A stretch of 61,360 bases of DNA from Nitrospira sp. (GTDB taxonomy: Bacteria > Nitrospirota > Nitrospiria > Nitrospirales > Nitrospiraceae). Where the stretch lies: assembly GCA_019636915.1 (NCBI GenBank), contig JAHBWQ010000001.1, positions 1 through 61,360 of the forward strand, in the 5' to 3' direction. The notes beneath the pieces were generated by a model. The model had not been told where the DNA came from, did no database searches, and saw nothing but the letters and a program-made list of their open reading frames with translations. Below are positions 8,679-18,842 of this stretch, piece after piece; position 1 is the first letter of the stretch; the number at the start of each line of letters is the position of its first letter. The position numbers were made by a program, and so were the translations under genes.

Positions 8679-9863
8679 TCATGATGGCACGGTCTCCATT
8701 CGCTTAATCGCCACCCAAAACACGCCGGCTGCCATCAGCTGTATCCCGGCAATGATGGCAAAGGCCATGGGATAACTCAGATTCGCAATCAGCAGACCGG
8801 CCAGTAACGGGCCGCAGGCGTGACCGATGTCCATAATCGTTCCTTGCATACCCATACCGGCGCCGAGCCGCTTGAACTCCGAACTGTCGGCAACCAGGGC
8901 TGACGAAGATGATGAAACGACCGCCTCGCCGAAACCAAACCCGGCGGACAACAGGAGGAGAATGGGAAACAGCGAGACAAATGGAATACAGACGAAGGTT
9001 CCCGCGCAAATACACAGACCAAGAATAATCAGCGGCTGACGGCCGACCCGGTCGGAGACCCGACCCATAATTGGCTTCGAAAAGAAGGAAGTGCCGGCCT
9101 GTACGGTAAACAAGAGACCAACCTCTCCCGGGTTCAAACCGACCGACACTCCGTACAGCGGGAGAAACGCCATCAAGGCGCCGTTCGCGATCATCTTGGC
9201 CGCATCGGTCACACTGGTAATCAACACCTTGCGATTCTTGGCGACGGCAGCGAACCCCTTCCACATCTCGGACAGCACGACAGCCATCCCCTGCTCTTTC
9301 CGCTGGGGCACCGCAACGTCAAGATGCAGGCTATAGAACAACAGCATGCCGATGCAGCCGAAGATGCCAGAGGTGATGAACGCTGTCGAGAATCCTGCCG
9401 CATGGATCAGATATCCCCCGAGAAAGGGACCCAGCAGTGAGCCGGTCTGCGTGCAGGCCGTATAGGTCCCGAGCGCTGCGCCCCGCCGTTCACGGTAGAG
9501 CTCCGCCACGGTCGCCAGGGCGCTCGGTGCAAAGATGGCCGTCGCAAGGCCGTGCAGAAACCGGAGCGCCGTCAATGCATCCAGATCCGTAATGAAGGGA
9601 TAGAGAAACGGCGGCAACCCGAAGGCCACCACACCAATCTTGAGCAACAGACGCCGTCCATAGATATCGGACAGGGCGCCGGACGGCAGCTTCAGCAACA
9701 CACCCGTGAGAGTGGACACGGACACGATCAGACCGATCCGTTCCGGACTCGCACCGAGCGATTCGGCAAATAGAGAAAGTGCCGGCATCCGCACCATGTT
9801 GTAGCTGATGAAGGAAAAGATGCCGACCGTGCAGATCAGCAGGAAGCTGCGTGAGGTCGTCAT
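8679..9863 (-). CDS. MFS transporter
   Basis: About 12 TM segments; MFS motif A in GALSDIYGRR and GRVSDRVGRQ. Confidence 0.93.
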   Translation of the reverse strand: MTTSRSFLLICTVGIFSFISYNMVRMPALSLFAESLGASPERIGLIVSVSTLTGVLLKLPSGALSDIYGRRLLLKIGVVAFGLPPFLYPFITDLDALTALRFLHGLATAIFAPSALATVAELYRERRGAALGTYTACTQTGSLLGPFLGGYLIHAAGFSTAFITSGIFGCIGMLLFYSLHLDVAVPQRKEQGMAVVLSEMWKGFAAVAKNRKVLITSVTDAAKMIANGALMAFLPLYGVSVGLNPGEVGLLFTVQAGTSFFSKPIMGRVSDRVGRQPLIILGLCICAGTFVCIPFVSLFPILLLLSAGFGFGEAVVSSSSSALVADSSEFKRLGAGMGMQGTIMDIGHACGPLLAGLLIANLSYPMAFAIIAGIQLMAAGVFWVAIKRMETVPS

Positions 9864-10675
9864 GGGATGGTGTTGGCAGGCGAGATCACCTGAGTGGAAT
9901 TGAGTGGAGGGCCGAGCACTGTTCTCAAAAACGCCAGATGCTGCTCAGGCAACGGCGGGGGCTGTTCCGCCTCACGCAACACACGGGAAGGCTGCTGTCG
10001 CATGGCTACGCCTAATCGATGAACGGTCTCAACTCCCTTCTGGAGTTTGCTCGTCACCATGCCGCGAATCAACGGATGCAGAAAGGACACCAATCCTGAC
10101 AGCAAGCGATTATCCAATTTGGTATAGGCCACAATCGTACTATCCATATCTTCGCTTCTCAGGTGATCTCGTACCACCGCCATCCGGAGAAACACGACGG
10201 CCTTCCCGGTGATATGCGGAAGCAACCGACTTTCATGCGAGCCGTCCAACAAGTAAATCCGGGACTCCGCATCCTCATAGACCAGCTGCACGAAGCCCTT
10301 CGTTCCTTCACCGTCATCACCCCAAAATCGTCTTTCCCCCCAGGCTTGGGAATGATACGAACCGAGGCCAAGGCGACGAATCAACGTGGCGGCAAACGGT
10401 GGTTCACCAAGCAGGTATCGATAGAGTGGCTCTGACATAGCCACTCGAATGGGACCGACCCGGGTGACTGTCGTATGCGACTTAATAATCGTGTGAAGCT
10501 GGCAGGTCCATTCCGAAGGAATCCGCTCGACCGGAAACGTCAGGTCTCCATGAACGGGTGAGAGACTGCAGCTCTCTGCCCGTGCCGTACCGGCGAAGAA
10601 CACGATGGCGACTCCCAGCAGAAGAGCCCATCGGCATGAACCCTGTTCCCAGGTGAAGGCCTTTGCCACGTTCAT
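9860..10675 (-). CDS. Exported hypothetical protein
   Basis: Signal peptide ending ARA; 4-nt overlaps with both neighbours. Confidence 0.75.
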   Translation of the reverse strand: MNVAKAFTWEQGSCRWALLLGVAIVFFAGTARAESCSLSPVHGDLTFPVERIPSEWTCQLHTIIKSHTTVTRVGPIRVAMSEPLYRYLLGEPPFAATLIRRLGLGSYHSQAWGERRFWGDDGEGTKGFVQLVYEDAESRIYLLDGSHESRLLPHITGKAVVFLRMAVVRDHLRSEDMDSTIVAYTKLDNRLLSGLVSFLHPLIRGMVTSKLQKGVETVHRLGVAMRQQPSRVLREAEQPPPLPEQHLAFLRTVLGPPLNSTQVISPANTIP

Positions 10676-11961
10676 GGATCCGGCGTTGGGACTGCAATGG
10701 GGAGCTGAATGGTGAAGAGCCGTTGGGGATCTTGCCTGAGCCTGGCTTGACGCAGCACGGTTTCCACCGATGGCGTGACAGTCCCTGCAAACGATACCTC
10801 GCCGTTCGTGATCACGGTCAACGGCTTGGCCGGATCAATCAGAGACTCGTTCAAAAACAGACTATACCGTCGAACATGGTGCGTCTGTACCTCGATCCGA
10901 TTCCCTTCTCGGATGGCGACATCCAGCTTTGCATAGTCACGCCGCTTGATTCGCTCATCTCGTTTATCCACCAGATCGTCGGAAAACGCCGCGATTGGGT
11001 CAGTCGAATCCAGGCGTACCCAGTTAAACGGTTGAAAATGGCTCCCGTCTCGCACGAGGGTGAGCCTCGTCGGCAAAGGCTCACGGCGTTGACCATTGAA
11101 CCAGGCCACAAGATCAGGCAACTCTTCCTTGGGGAAATAATGTCCCCCCGCCATGGGATGTTCGCGTTCATGTTCTCGATACACGTATGAATAGCCGAGC
11201 ACATCCAGTTCTCGGGCGATCGAACGACTCAGATCCACCGGCATCACCTGATCCTTCATGCCGTGAATCATATAGATGGGTGTCTGCCGAAGATTGGCTA
11301 AAAACGGCATGAGCACATTGTCCAGCCCACTCGCCATCGGTGCGATGCCGGCAAATACCGGCGCATGATGCATTCCAATAAGCCAGGCTCCGATCCCACC
11401 ATTCGACATGCCGGTCAGAAAAATCCGGTTCGGATCGACATGATAGCGCGTGCGAAGTTCTCGGATTGTTGCCAACACCAGTTCTTCCGCACGTCTCGTA
11501 AACCAGGCTCCGGACGGATAGGTCGGACAGGCCAAGAGATAGTCTTCACCCAACCTGGTCCTCCAGCGCTCCAAATATTCCTCACCGGTAAAGCCAAATC
11601 CGTGCAGACACACAACCAGGGAATAGGGCTTTGACGCTTGGTATGTTGATGGAATGAACAGGGACAGTGGATAGGTTTGTCCACGGATCACGATCTGTTC
11701 ATGCGGAAGATTCCCGACAGGCTGGAGTTGGTAGGTTCGGCCGGTCCTTATCAATTGAGAAACGGCGTCGATGGACGCGCTCCCGTCAGAGAGGATGTCC
11801 TGCAGCAGCCGTTCAGCTGCATCACTATCAGAAGCATCAAGATACTGGAAGACACGTGAAGCAAGCCCCGCACCGGTTGGTCCCGCCTCCTCTGCGAAAC
11901 TGGGAGCAGGAGCGCCGGCAAGCAAGACCAATAGGATCAGACTTCCGACGGAAGCAATCAC
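10672..11961 (-). CDS. Exported alpha/beta hydrolase (esterase/peptidase-like)
   Basis: Signal peptide; CLHG; nucleophile elbow GMSNGG; HGMKD; GGH. Confidence 0.85.
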   Translation of the reverse strand: MIASVGSLILLVLLAGAPAPSFAEEAGPTGAGLASRVFQYLDASDSDAAERLLQDILSDGSASIDAVSQLIRTGRTYQLQPVGNLPHEQIVIRGQTYPLSLFIPSTYQASKPYSLVVCLHGFGFTGEEYLERWRTRLGEDYLLACPTYPSGAWFTRRAEELVLATIRELRTRYHVDPNRIFLTGMSNGGIGAWLIGMHHAPVFAGIAPMASGLDNVLMPFLANLRQTPIYMIHGMKDQVMPVDLSRSIARELDVLGYSYVYREHEREHPMAGGHYFPKEELPDLVAWFNGQRREPLPTRLTLVRDGSHFQPFNWVRLDSTDPIAAFSDDLVDKRDERIKRRDYAKLDVAIREGNRIEVQTHHVRRYSLFLNESLIDPAKPLTVITNGEVSFAGTVTPSVETVLRQARLRQDPQRLFTIQLPIAVPTPDP

Positions 11962-13076
11962 AGATCTCCTTCTACCACCAAATCATGACCAACCAACCTG
12001 GTCACCACATGCCGCAATGCAATCGCACTTGCCAGCCGTGCCGGACTCTCCCCCCCGATCAACCCTTTCGCGTTCTGGCCGCCGAGCAGCAGCGGTGCCA
12101 TATAGAGGCAAACGTGATCGACCAACTTCCCCTTCAACATCGCCGCATTCACCTCACCTCCCCCCTCCACCAGAAGAGACGTGACCCCGCGCCGACCGAG
12201 CTCCTTAAGCAACGCAGGCAATGAGACCCGGCCATGAACGGCCGGCAATGTCAGCACCTCGATACCTTTCGTTTGCATCACCGATCGTCGAGCCGCTGGA
12301 GCCGCAGCAGTGGTGGCAATCATGGTTTTGGCCTTGTCCTGATGAGCCAGGACCCGTGCCTTGAGCGGAGTACGCAGTCGGCTATCGAGAACAATGCGAA
12401 GCGGCTGCCGTGGAGCCAGCTTCTCGAGCCCTACCCCTAACCTCGCCGTTAACGCAGGATTATCGATCAAGACCGTTCCCATCCCCACGAGTACCGCGTC
12501 CATCCTCCCGCGGAGCTGATGAACCTCTCTCCTGGACAACTCTCCGGTAATCCATCGAGATTCGCCAGAAGCGGTCGCCAACTGTCCGTCGAGCGTGATG
12601 CCGGCTTTGAGTGTCACGTATGGGCGTCCGGTTTTCATCCAATGACCATACGCCCTGTTCAAATTCTCCGCTTCTGTTCGAGCCATTCCGACCGTGACGA
12701 AGAGTCCGGCTCGGCGAAGCGCAGCAACGCCTTTTCCCTTCACGGCTGGGTTCGGATCCGGCATCGCAATGACGACACGGCTGACACCAGCGCGAAGGAT
12801 TTCTGGAACGCAGGGAGGAGTTCGTTTCTTGAGATGGCAACAGGGCTCAAGTGTCACGTAGAGTACGGCGCCTCGTGCCTGTGCTCCGGCTCGCTGTAAG
12901 GCGAGTATTTCCGCGTGAGGAGTTCCGGGTCGGAGATGAAAACCCTGTCCGACGATCCGGCCCTGTTTGACGACGACGGCGCCGACCATCGGATTCGGGC
13001 TCGTCGTTCCCTGGCCCTTCGCCGCCAGGCGAAGGGCCAGGGTCATATAGTAGAGATCTCGTGTACGGTCGGTCAC
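11958..13076 (-). CDS. ribD: Bifunctional pyrimidine deaminase/reductase RibD
   Basis: SPNPMVGAV, HAE, TLEPCCH...TPPC and SLLVEGG motifs. Confidence 0.97.
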   Translation of the reverse strand: MTDRTRDLYYMTLALRLAAKGQGTTSPNPMVGAVVVKQGRIVGQGFHLRPGTPHAEILALQRAGAQARGAVLYVTLEPCCHLKKRTPPCVPEILRAGVSRVVIAMPDPNPAVKGKGVAALRRAGLFVTVGMARTEAENLNRAYGHWMKTGRPYVTLKAGITLDGQLATASGESRWITGELSRREVHQLRGRMDAVLVGMGTVLIDNPALTARLGVGLEKLAPRQPLRIVLDSRLRTPLKARVLAHQDKAKTMIATTAAAPAARRSVMQTKGIEVLTLPAVHGRVSLPALLKELGRRGVTSLLVEGGGEVNAAMLKGKLVDHVCLYMAPLLLGGQNAKGLIGGESPARLASAIALRHVVTRLVGHDLVVEGDL

Positions 13077-15907
13077 CGTTTCTTGCGGCTACCTACAGAT
13101 ATCTTGGGCGACGGCTTCGCTCGCTTTGACGGCGATGTTGGCGCCTTGGGGGACTTCACCGTCTTGACACGCGCAGCCGCAGTTTTCTTGGATGTGGCTG
13201 GCTTGGCAGATGCTTCGGCGATCGCTGCCTGTGCCGCCGCCAACCGCGCGATTGCCACGCGGAATGGGGAACAGCTGACATAATCCAACCCCAATTGATG
13301 ACAGAATTCAACGGAACTGGGATCGCCGCCATGTTCACCGCAAATCCCCAGCTTAATGTTTTCTCGCGTCTTGCGCCCGCCCGCAATCGCTTGCTTCATC
13401 AGTGACCCGACGCCTTCTCGATCAAGCACCGCGAAAGGATCCGAGTCCATGATCTTTTCGGTCCTATAGAAGTCGATGAACTTGGCCGCATCATCGCGCG
13501 AGAAACCGAACGTCGTCTGCGTCAAGTCGTTCGTCCCGAAGGAGAAGAACTCCGCCTCCTGCGCGATCCGATCAGCCGTTACCGCCGCACGCGGCAACTC
13601 AATCATCGTCCCGACCAGGTAATTCAACTTCACGCCGTAGCGTTTCATCGTCTCTTGGGCCACTTCTTTTACCAACTCTTTTTGCGATTTCATTTCGGAG
13701 ACCATACCGACGAGCGGGATCATAATCTCCGGCACGATCTTCTTCCCTTCCTTCGCCAACTCACAGGCCGCCTCCATAATCGCCCGGGCCTGCATGCGCG
13801 TGATCTCCGGCATCGTAATCCCGAGCCGACAGCCCCGAAGCCCGAGCATCGGATTGAACTCATGGAGTTCTTCGACACGGGTCAGCAAGCGGCGTTTCTC
13901 CTCGAGTTTCGGCCCGTCGTTCGCTGTCAATTCCAGCTGCGCGATCTCCACCATCAATTCTTCCCGCTTGGGCAGGAACTCGTGGAGCGGCGGATCAAGC
14001 AAACGGATCGTGACCGGAAAGCCTTCCATTTCCCGATAGAGGCCGATAAAATCCTGTTTCTGCAACGGCAGCAGCTGATCGAGGAATTTCTCACGCTCTT
14101 CCTTCGTCCGTGCCAAGATCATCTTCTGCATGATCGAGATACGATCTTCGGCGAAGAACATATGTTCGGTCCGGCACAATCCGATGCCTTCAGCCCCGAA
14201 CCCCCGCGCAATCTTCGCCTGATCCGGCACATCGGCATTCGCCCGGACGCGCAACCGACGTTCGGCATCGGCCCATGAGAGCAACGTGGCGAACAGCTGG
14301 TATTTTTCGGACTTCTTGGCATCCAGTTTTCCTTGCACCACTTGAATGATTTCCGACTCCACCACCGGCACATCACCGTCATACACATTCCCGGTTGATC
14401 CATTGACGGAAAGATAATCTCCCTCATGGAACACTTTCGAACCGATCCTCACTGATTGGGCATCGATCACCTGGACCGCCTCGCAACCGGCCACGCAGAC
14501 CTTACCCATCTGCCGTGCCACCACGGCGGCGTGCGAGGTCATCCCGCCACGTGCCGTCAAGAATCCGGTTGCCGCGTTCATGCCGTGAATATCGTCCGGG
14601 CTGGTTTCGTCGCGAACCAACACCACGCGCTGACCGGCCGCTTTCATTTCCACCGCACGATCCGGCGTCAGCGCAATCTTCCCCGCTGCCGCACCAGGCC
14701 CGGCCGGCAGCCCTTTCCCCAATGGAGTCGAACTGGACTCGACCTTTGAGTCGAAAATCGGGTAGAGATATTGGGCCAATTGATCAGGGCCCACACGCTG
14801 CACGGCTTCTCGCTTCGTGATCAGTCCTTCTTTCACCATCTCGACCGCGATCCGAACGGCTGAGATGCCGGTACGCTTCCCGACGCGTGTTTGGAGCATG
14901 TAGAGCTTGCCCTCCTGGATCGTAAATTCCAGGTCGAGCATATCTCGGTAATGTTTTTCGAGCTTCTTATAGGTGTGTTCGAGTTCCTTATAGGCAGCCG
15001 GAACATTCGTGGCCAGCGCGGTGACCGGCAGCGGCGTTCTGATGCCGGCGACCACATCTTCGCCCTGGGCATTCATCAGACATTCGCCGAAGAATGTATG
15101 TTCACCGGTATTCGGATCGCGAGTGAAGGCCACACCGGTTCCGCTCGTGTCCCCCATGTTGCCGAACACCATCGCGACGACATTGACCGCAGTCCCCCAA
15201 TGATCAGGAATCCCGTTCAACCGCCGATAGGTAATGGCTCGTGCACCGTTCCAGGATGAGAACACCGCGTTGATCGCCATTTTCAATTGCTCATTCGGAT
15301 CGTCCGGGAACTCTTTCCCGGTTTCCTCCTTGACCAACGACTTGAATCGTCCGACGAGGTCGCGCAACGCCCGCGCGTCCAATTGCGTCTCGTGCGTGAC
15401 GCCCATTTCTTCTTTTTTATGGTTGAGGATCGCTTCGAAGTGCTCGCGAGGGACCCCCATGACGATGCTGCCGAACATCGTGACGAAGCGACGATAACTG
15501 TCCTGAGCAAACCGTTCGTTCCTTGTCTTCGCAGCCAGCCCCTCGACCGTCTTCAGCGTGAGTCCCACGTTGAGCACCGTGTCCATCATGCCGGGCATCG
15601 AAGCACGCGCACCGGATCGCACCGACACCAGCAGGGGCTTCTCGGGATCGCCGAACTTCATCCCCATGGACCGCTCGACACGCTTCAGCGAGGCCAGTGC
15701 CGCGTCCCACATCCCCGGCGGATATTTCTTCCCCTGCTTGTAGTATTCGATGCAAGCTTCTGTGGTGATGGTAAAGCCAGGTGGGACGGAGATACGGAGA
15801 TTCGTCATCTCGGCCAATCCTGCACCTTTTCCGCCGAGCAACTCCTTCATATTGGAGGTACCCTCGGCTTTTCCGTCTCCGAAGTAGTAGACGTATTTCT
15901 TTGCCAC
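13073..15907 (-). CDS. ppdK: Pyruvate, phosphate dikinase
   Basis: LLGGKGAGLAEM, GGMTSHAAVVAR (phospho-His), GIGLCRTEHMF and SFGTNDLTQ motifs. Confidence 0.98.
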   Translation of the reverse strand: MAKKYVYYFGDGKAEGTSNMKELLGGKGAGLAEMTNLRISVPPGFTITTEACIEYYKQGKKYPPGMWDAALASLKRVERSMGMKFGDPEKPLLVSVRSGARASMPGMMDTVLNVGLTLKTVEGLAAKTRNERFAQDSYRRFVTMFGSIVMGVPREHFEAILNHKKEEMGVTHETQLDARALRDLVGRFKSLVKEETGKEFPDDPNEQLKMAINAVFSSWNGARAITYRRLNGIPDHWGTAVNVVAMVFGNMGDTSGTGVAFTRDPNTGEHTFFGECLMNAQGEDVVAGIRTPLPVTALATNVPAAYKELEHTYKKLEKHYRDMLDLEFTIQEGKLYMLQTRVGKRTGISAVRIAVEMVKEGLITKREAVQRVGPDQLAQYLYPIFDSKVESSSTPLGKGLPAGPGAAAGKIALTPDRAVEMKAAGQRVVLVRDETSPDDIHGMNAATGFLTARGGMTSHAAVVARQMGKVCVAGCEAVQVIDAQSVRIGSKVFHEGDYLSVNGSTGNVYDGDVPVVESEIIQVVQGKLDAKKSEKYQLFATLLSWADAERRLRVRANADVPDQAKIARGFGAEGIGLCRTEHMFFAEDRISIMQKMILARTKEEREKFLDQLLPLQKQDFIGLYREMEGFPVTIRLLDPPLHEFLPKREELMVEIAQLELTANDGPKLEEKRRLLTRVEELHEFNPMLGLRGCRLGITMPEITRMQARAIMEAACELAKEGKKIVPEIMIPLVGMVSEMKSQKELVKEVAQETMKRYGVKLNYLVGTMIELPRAAVTADRIAQEAEFFSFGTNDLTQTTFGFSRDDAAKFIDFYRTEKIMDSDPFAVLDREGVGSLMKQAIAGGRKTRENIKLGICGEHGGDPSSVEFCHQLGLDYVSCSPFRVAIARLAAAQAAIAEASAKPATSKKTAAARVKTVKSPKAPTSPSKRAKPSPKISVGSRKKR

Positions 15908-15924
15908 GTGACTTCTCCTTCTCG

Positions 15925-16002
15925 TAGGATGCTGAACAAATCCGCCAGCGGCGTTCTCGTGTCTTTCAGCAGCCTTGTTGGACAGCCTGTCTGAGCATCC
16001 TG
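15925..16002 (-). repeat. Palindromic MITE/REP-like element, deleted copy in reverse orientation
   Basis: aggatgctgaacaaatccgccagcggcgttctc...gccttgttggacagcctgtctgagcatcctg; both arms match the other copies. Confidence 0.8.
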
Positions 16003-16091
16003 AAGTTATCTGGCGTTAACACCGCACCGAGAACCTCGGCCATCGCCTCAATACGAACCAAGCTCGCCACAGCTTCCCAAGAACGCGCGGA

Positions 16092-16589
16092 TCAACGAGC
16101 GGGCGACGCACGATGACCGTCGGTTGATTCCAGGTGCATACGATAGCGATTCACCAAGAACCACTTCGCTCGGACACCTCCAATGATAATGACGGTGACA
16201 AACAACAGCAGCAACAATAATCGATAGTCAGCCTGCACCGCATGATCGACATAGTACTGGCCGTCAGGCCCCTTCTTGAGCTTCGTGTCGGGCTGAAGAG
16301 AGTGGGGCGTGCCGCTCGGGTCGGACAGATTCAGCCATTCCGAACAAAGCCTGATCGGTTCGCTCGCCCCGGGCAACGACTGCCACGATAGCCGAAGGCA
16401 CACATCGTGTTTCGCATCGAACAGATCGGGGGTCTTGACCAGGTCATCCAAGTTGATGCCGCTCATTCTGAATCCGATGAAAAGCACCGCATTGCAGCCG
16501 ACGATCAGCGCCAGCGAGACCACCAAAGAAAATCGCCGGATCTTCACCGCCCGACGGCATTCATCCGTCATCGGCTGATCCATGACCAC
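16092..16589 (-). CDS. Hypothetical two-TM membrane protein
   Basis: Two hydrophobic helices flanking a loop with two Cys; co-oriented between glyS and ppdK. Confidence 0.7.
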   Translation of the reverse strand: MVMDQPMTDECRRAVKIRRFSLVVSLALIVGCNAVLFIGFRMSGINLDDLVKTPDLFDAKHDVCLRLSWQSLPGASEPIRLCSEWLNLSDPSGTPHSLQPDTKLKKGPDGQYYVDHAVQADYRLLLLLLFVTVIIIGGVRAKWFLVNRYRMHLESTDGHRASPAR

Positions 16590-16646
16590 TCCGGTGGGAT
16601 ACGCCCCTCAGTAAAGTCCGTCCGCGTATTGTCCGATGCGACCTAT

Positions 16647-18836
16647 CTACCGCCCTTGTACCACAATCTGGGAGAAGTCCGCGAATGACATGAACAGATC
16701 ATCGACTTCCTTGAGCAGGGACAACCGATTGCTGCGGACGGTCTGATCATCGGCATTGACCATCACACCAGCAAAAAACTCATCGATGGCCGGCTTGAGA
16801 CGGACCAACGCTTCCAGCGCCCGATCATACTCACCGGCTTGAATGGATGCCTCGATCTGTTGATGCTCCCCCATCACTGCCTGATGGAGCGCTGACTCAG
16901 CCGGATGTTGAAACCGTGCGGCATCCACAGGCTCTCTGGTCCATTGCTCTTTCTCAACAAGCCGATGCGCCCGCTTGAAACCGACGATCAAAGGATCGAA
17001 GTCTGGTTTCATCGTGACGGCTTCGAGCGCTCTCATCTTCTGGACGAGGTCAACGAGATCGATCATCGGACCGGTGATCGGTTTCAATACCGACTCGATG
17101 ACATCCTCACGCAACCCGTGCACGAGTCGAACATAGTGTCGAACCCGCTCGAAGAGAAAATCCGTGATTCGCTGCTGCTTCACCTGCTGCGAGTCTGCCC
17201 CCTCTTTGAAGCCGTCACCGGCAACCAGGCTTGTCGCCCGGTCAACCAGATCGGCAAGATTCAGCCGAATTGTTCGTTCCAGGATAATGCGCACAATCGC
17301 CGTAGCATGCCGCCGAAGCGCAAACGGATCTTCCGACCCTGTCGGAACCAGGCCTACATGAAAGAATGCGGCAATAGAATCCAGCCGATCAGCGAGTGAG
17401 AGTACCTGTCCCGCCTCGGTTTCCGGCAATTCCCCTTCAATGGCCTTGGGGAGATACTGCTCCCGAATCGCCTGCGCGACTGCCGTTGATTCACCGTCAT
17501 GCCGGGCATATTCGCCTCCCATGATCCCCTGTAATTCTGGGAACTCTCCCACAATGCCGGTCAGCAGGTCGGCTTTGGAAAGAGATGCCGCACGTTCGGC
17601 AATTTGTCGCAGCTGTGTCTGACCGGAAGAGCTCAGCTCAGCGATAAACCCCGCCAGTTTACTGACCCGCTCTTGTTTCTGGGCCATTGTGCCGAGTTTC
17701 TGATGGAACGTCACCCCTCCCAACTTCTTTGCCCGCTCTTCAAGGCGAACCTTTCGATCTTCATCGAAAAAGAACTTGGCATCAGCCAATCGCGCAGCCA
17801 GCACCCGTTCGTTACCTTCACGGATCAGGGACATATCCTTGGCTCGGTTGTTTGCCACGGCAATGAAATGGGGTGCCAGCTTACCGGTCTGCTTGTGCCG
17901 TAGTGAGAAAAATCCCTGATGCTCTTTCATGGAGGTGATGAGGATCTCCTCCGGTACATCCAAGTAAGCCTCTTTGAACGACCCTATGATTGTGGTCGGT
18001 TGCTCGGTCGAGTACACCGCTTGGTCGAGTAAGGTTTCGTCTTGATTCAGCTGCAAGCCGGCCTTGTGGCAAATTGCGGCGATCTGCTCCTCGATCAATG
18101 TGCGGCGACGCTGCGGATCGACGATGACGCCCTGGCGCGCCAAGGTACTATGATAGGAAGCAGCATCGTGAACCGACGCCCACTTCCCTCCGCCCAAGAC
18201 CCGATGCCCCTTTGTCTGGTTGGATGCGGTGATGCCGGCAGCCTTGATCGGCACGACCGAACCCCCATAGACCGCCACCACCCACCGCACCGGACGGGCG
18301 AACCGCACACCGGTTTCATTCCACTTCATCGCCTTGGGAAACGAGAGGGTTGCCACCAGGTGCGGCAGTATCTCGATCAATAGAGCGGCCGTGGGGCGGC
18401 CGGCTTCATGTTTCACTGCAAACAAATACTCGCCTTTGGGCGTTTGTCTCACTTCGAGATCCTGAACCGCAACACCCTGACCTGCGGCAAACCCAACAGC
18501 CGCTTTGGTTGGTTGGCCGGTTTGGTCGAATGCAACGGACTTGGATGGCCCCATCGCCTCTTTGGTCACGGACGTCTGTCTCGCCACCAAGCCATCGACC
18601 ACGATCGTCAGGCGACGTGGCGTACCCACCGTACGGACCGACTGAAGGGTCAGGCGTTGATCGGAAAACAATCGTTCGGCGGATTCCTTGAGTGCAGCGA
18701 GTGCAGGAACGATGAACTGATACGGCAACTCTTCCACACCGATTTCCAGCAGCAGCTCCGCCACGGAAGGTCCGGATACCTGTTTGCCTTTTTTCGGGGC
18801 GGCACTCCGTCGTGCGATTTTCTTCCGAGTCGCCAT
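16647..18836 (-). CDS. glyS: Glycine-tRNA ligase beta subunit
   Basis: LLLEIGVEELP, TPRRL, FARPVRW, EFPELQG and GSEDPFALRR motifs. Confidence 0.97.
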   Translation of the reverse strand: MATRKKIARRSAAPKKGKQVSGPSVAELLLEIGVEELPYQFIVPALAALKESAERLFSDQRLTLQSVRTVGTPRRLTIVVDGLVARQTSVTKEAMGPSKSVAFDQTGQPTKAAVGFAAGQGVAVQDLEVRQTPKGEYLFAVKHEAGRPTAALLIEILPHLVATLSFPKAMKWNETGVRFARPVRWVVAVYGGSVVPIKAAGITASNQTKGHRVLGGGKWASVHDAASYHSTLARQGVIVDPQRRRTLIEEQIAAICHKAGLQLNQDETLLDQAVYSTEQPTTIIGSFKEAYLDVPEEILITSMKEHQGFFSLRHKQTGKLAPHFIAVANNRAKDMSLIREGNERVLAARLADAKFFFDEDRKVRLEERAKKLGGVTFHQKLGTMAQKQERVSKLAGFIAELSSSGQTQLRQIAERAASLSKADLLTGIVGEFPELQGIMGGEYARHDGESTAVAQAIREQYLPKAIEGELPETEAGQVLSLADRLDSIAAFFHVGLVPTGSEDPFALRRHATAIVRIILERTIRLNLADLVDRATSLVAGDGFKEGADSQQVKQQRITDFLFERVRHYVRLVHGLREDVIESVLKPITGPMIDLVDLVQKMRALEAVTMKPDFDPLIVGFKRAHRLVEKEQWTREPVDAARFQHPAESALHQAVMGEHQQIEASIQAGEYDRALEALVRLKPAIDEFFAGVMVNADDQTVRSNRLSLLKEVDDLFMSFADFSQIVVQGR

Positions 18837-18842
18837 AGCGGG

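Noticed and set aside
13076-13300. FMN riboswitch upstream of ribD
   Set aside because: ribD overlaps the ppdK stop, leaving no leader, and no RFN consensus was seen.
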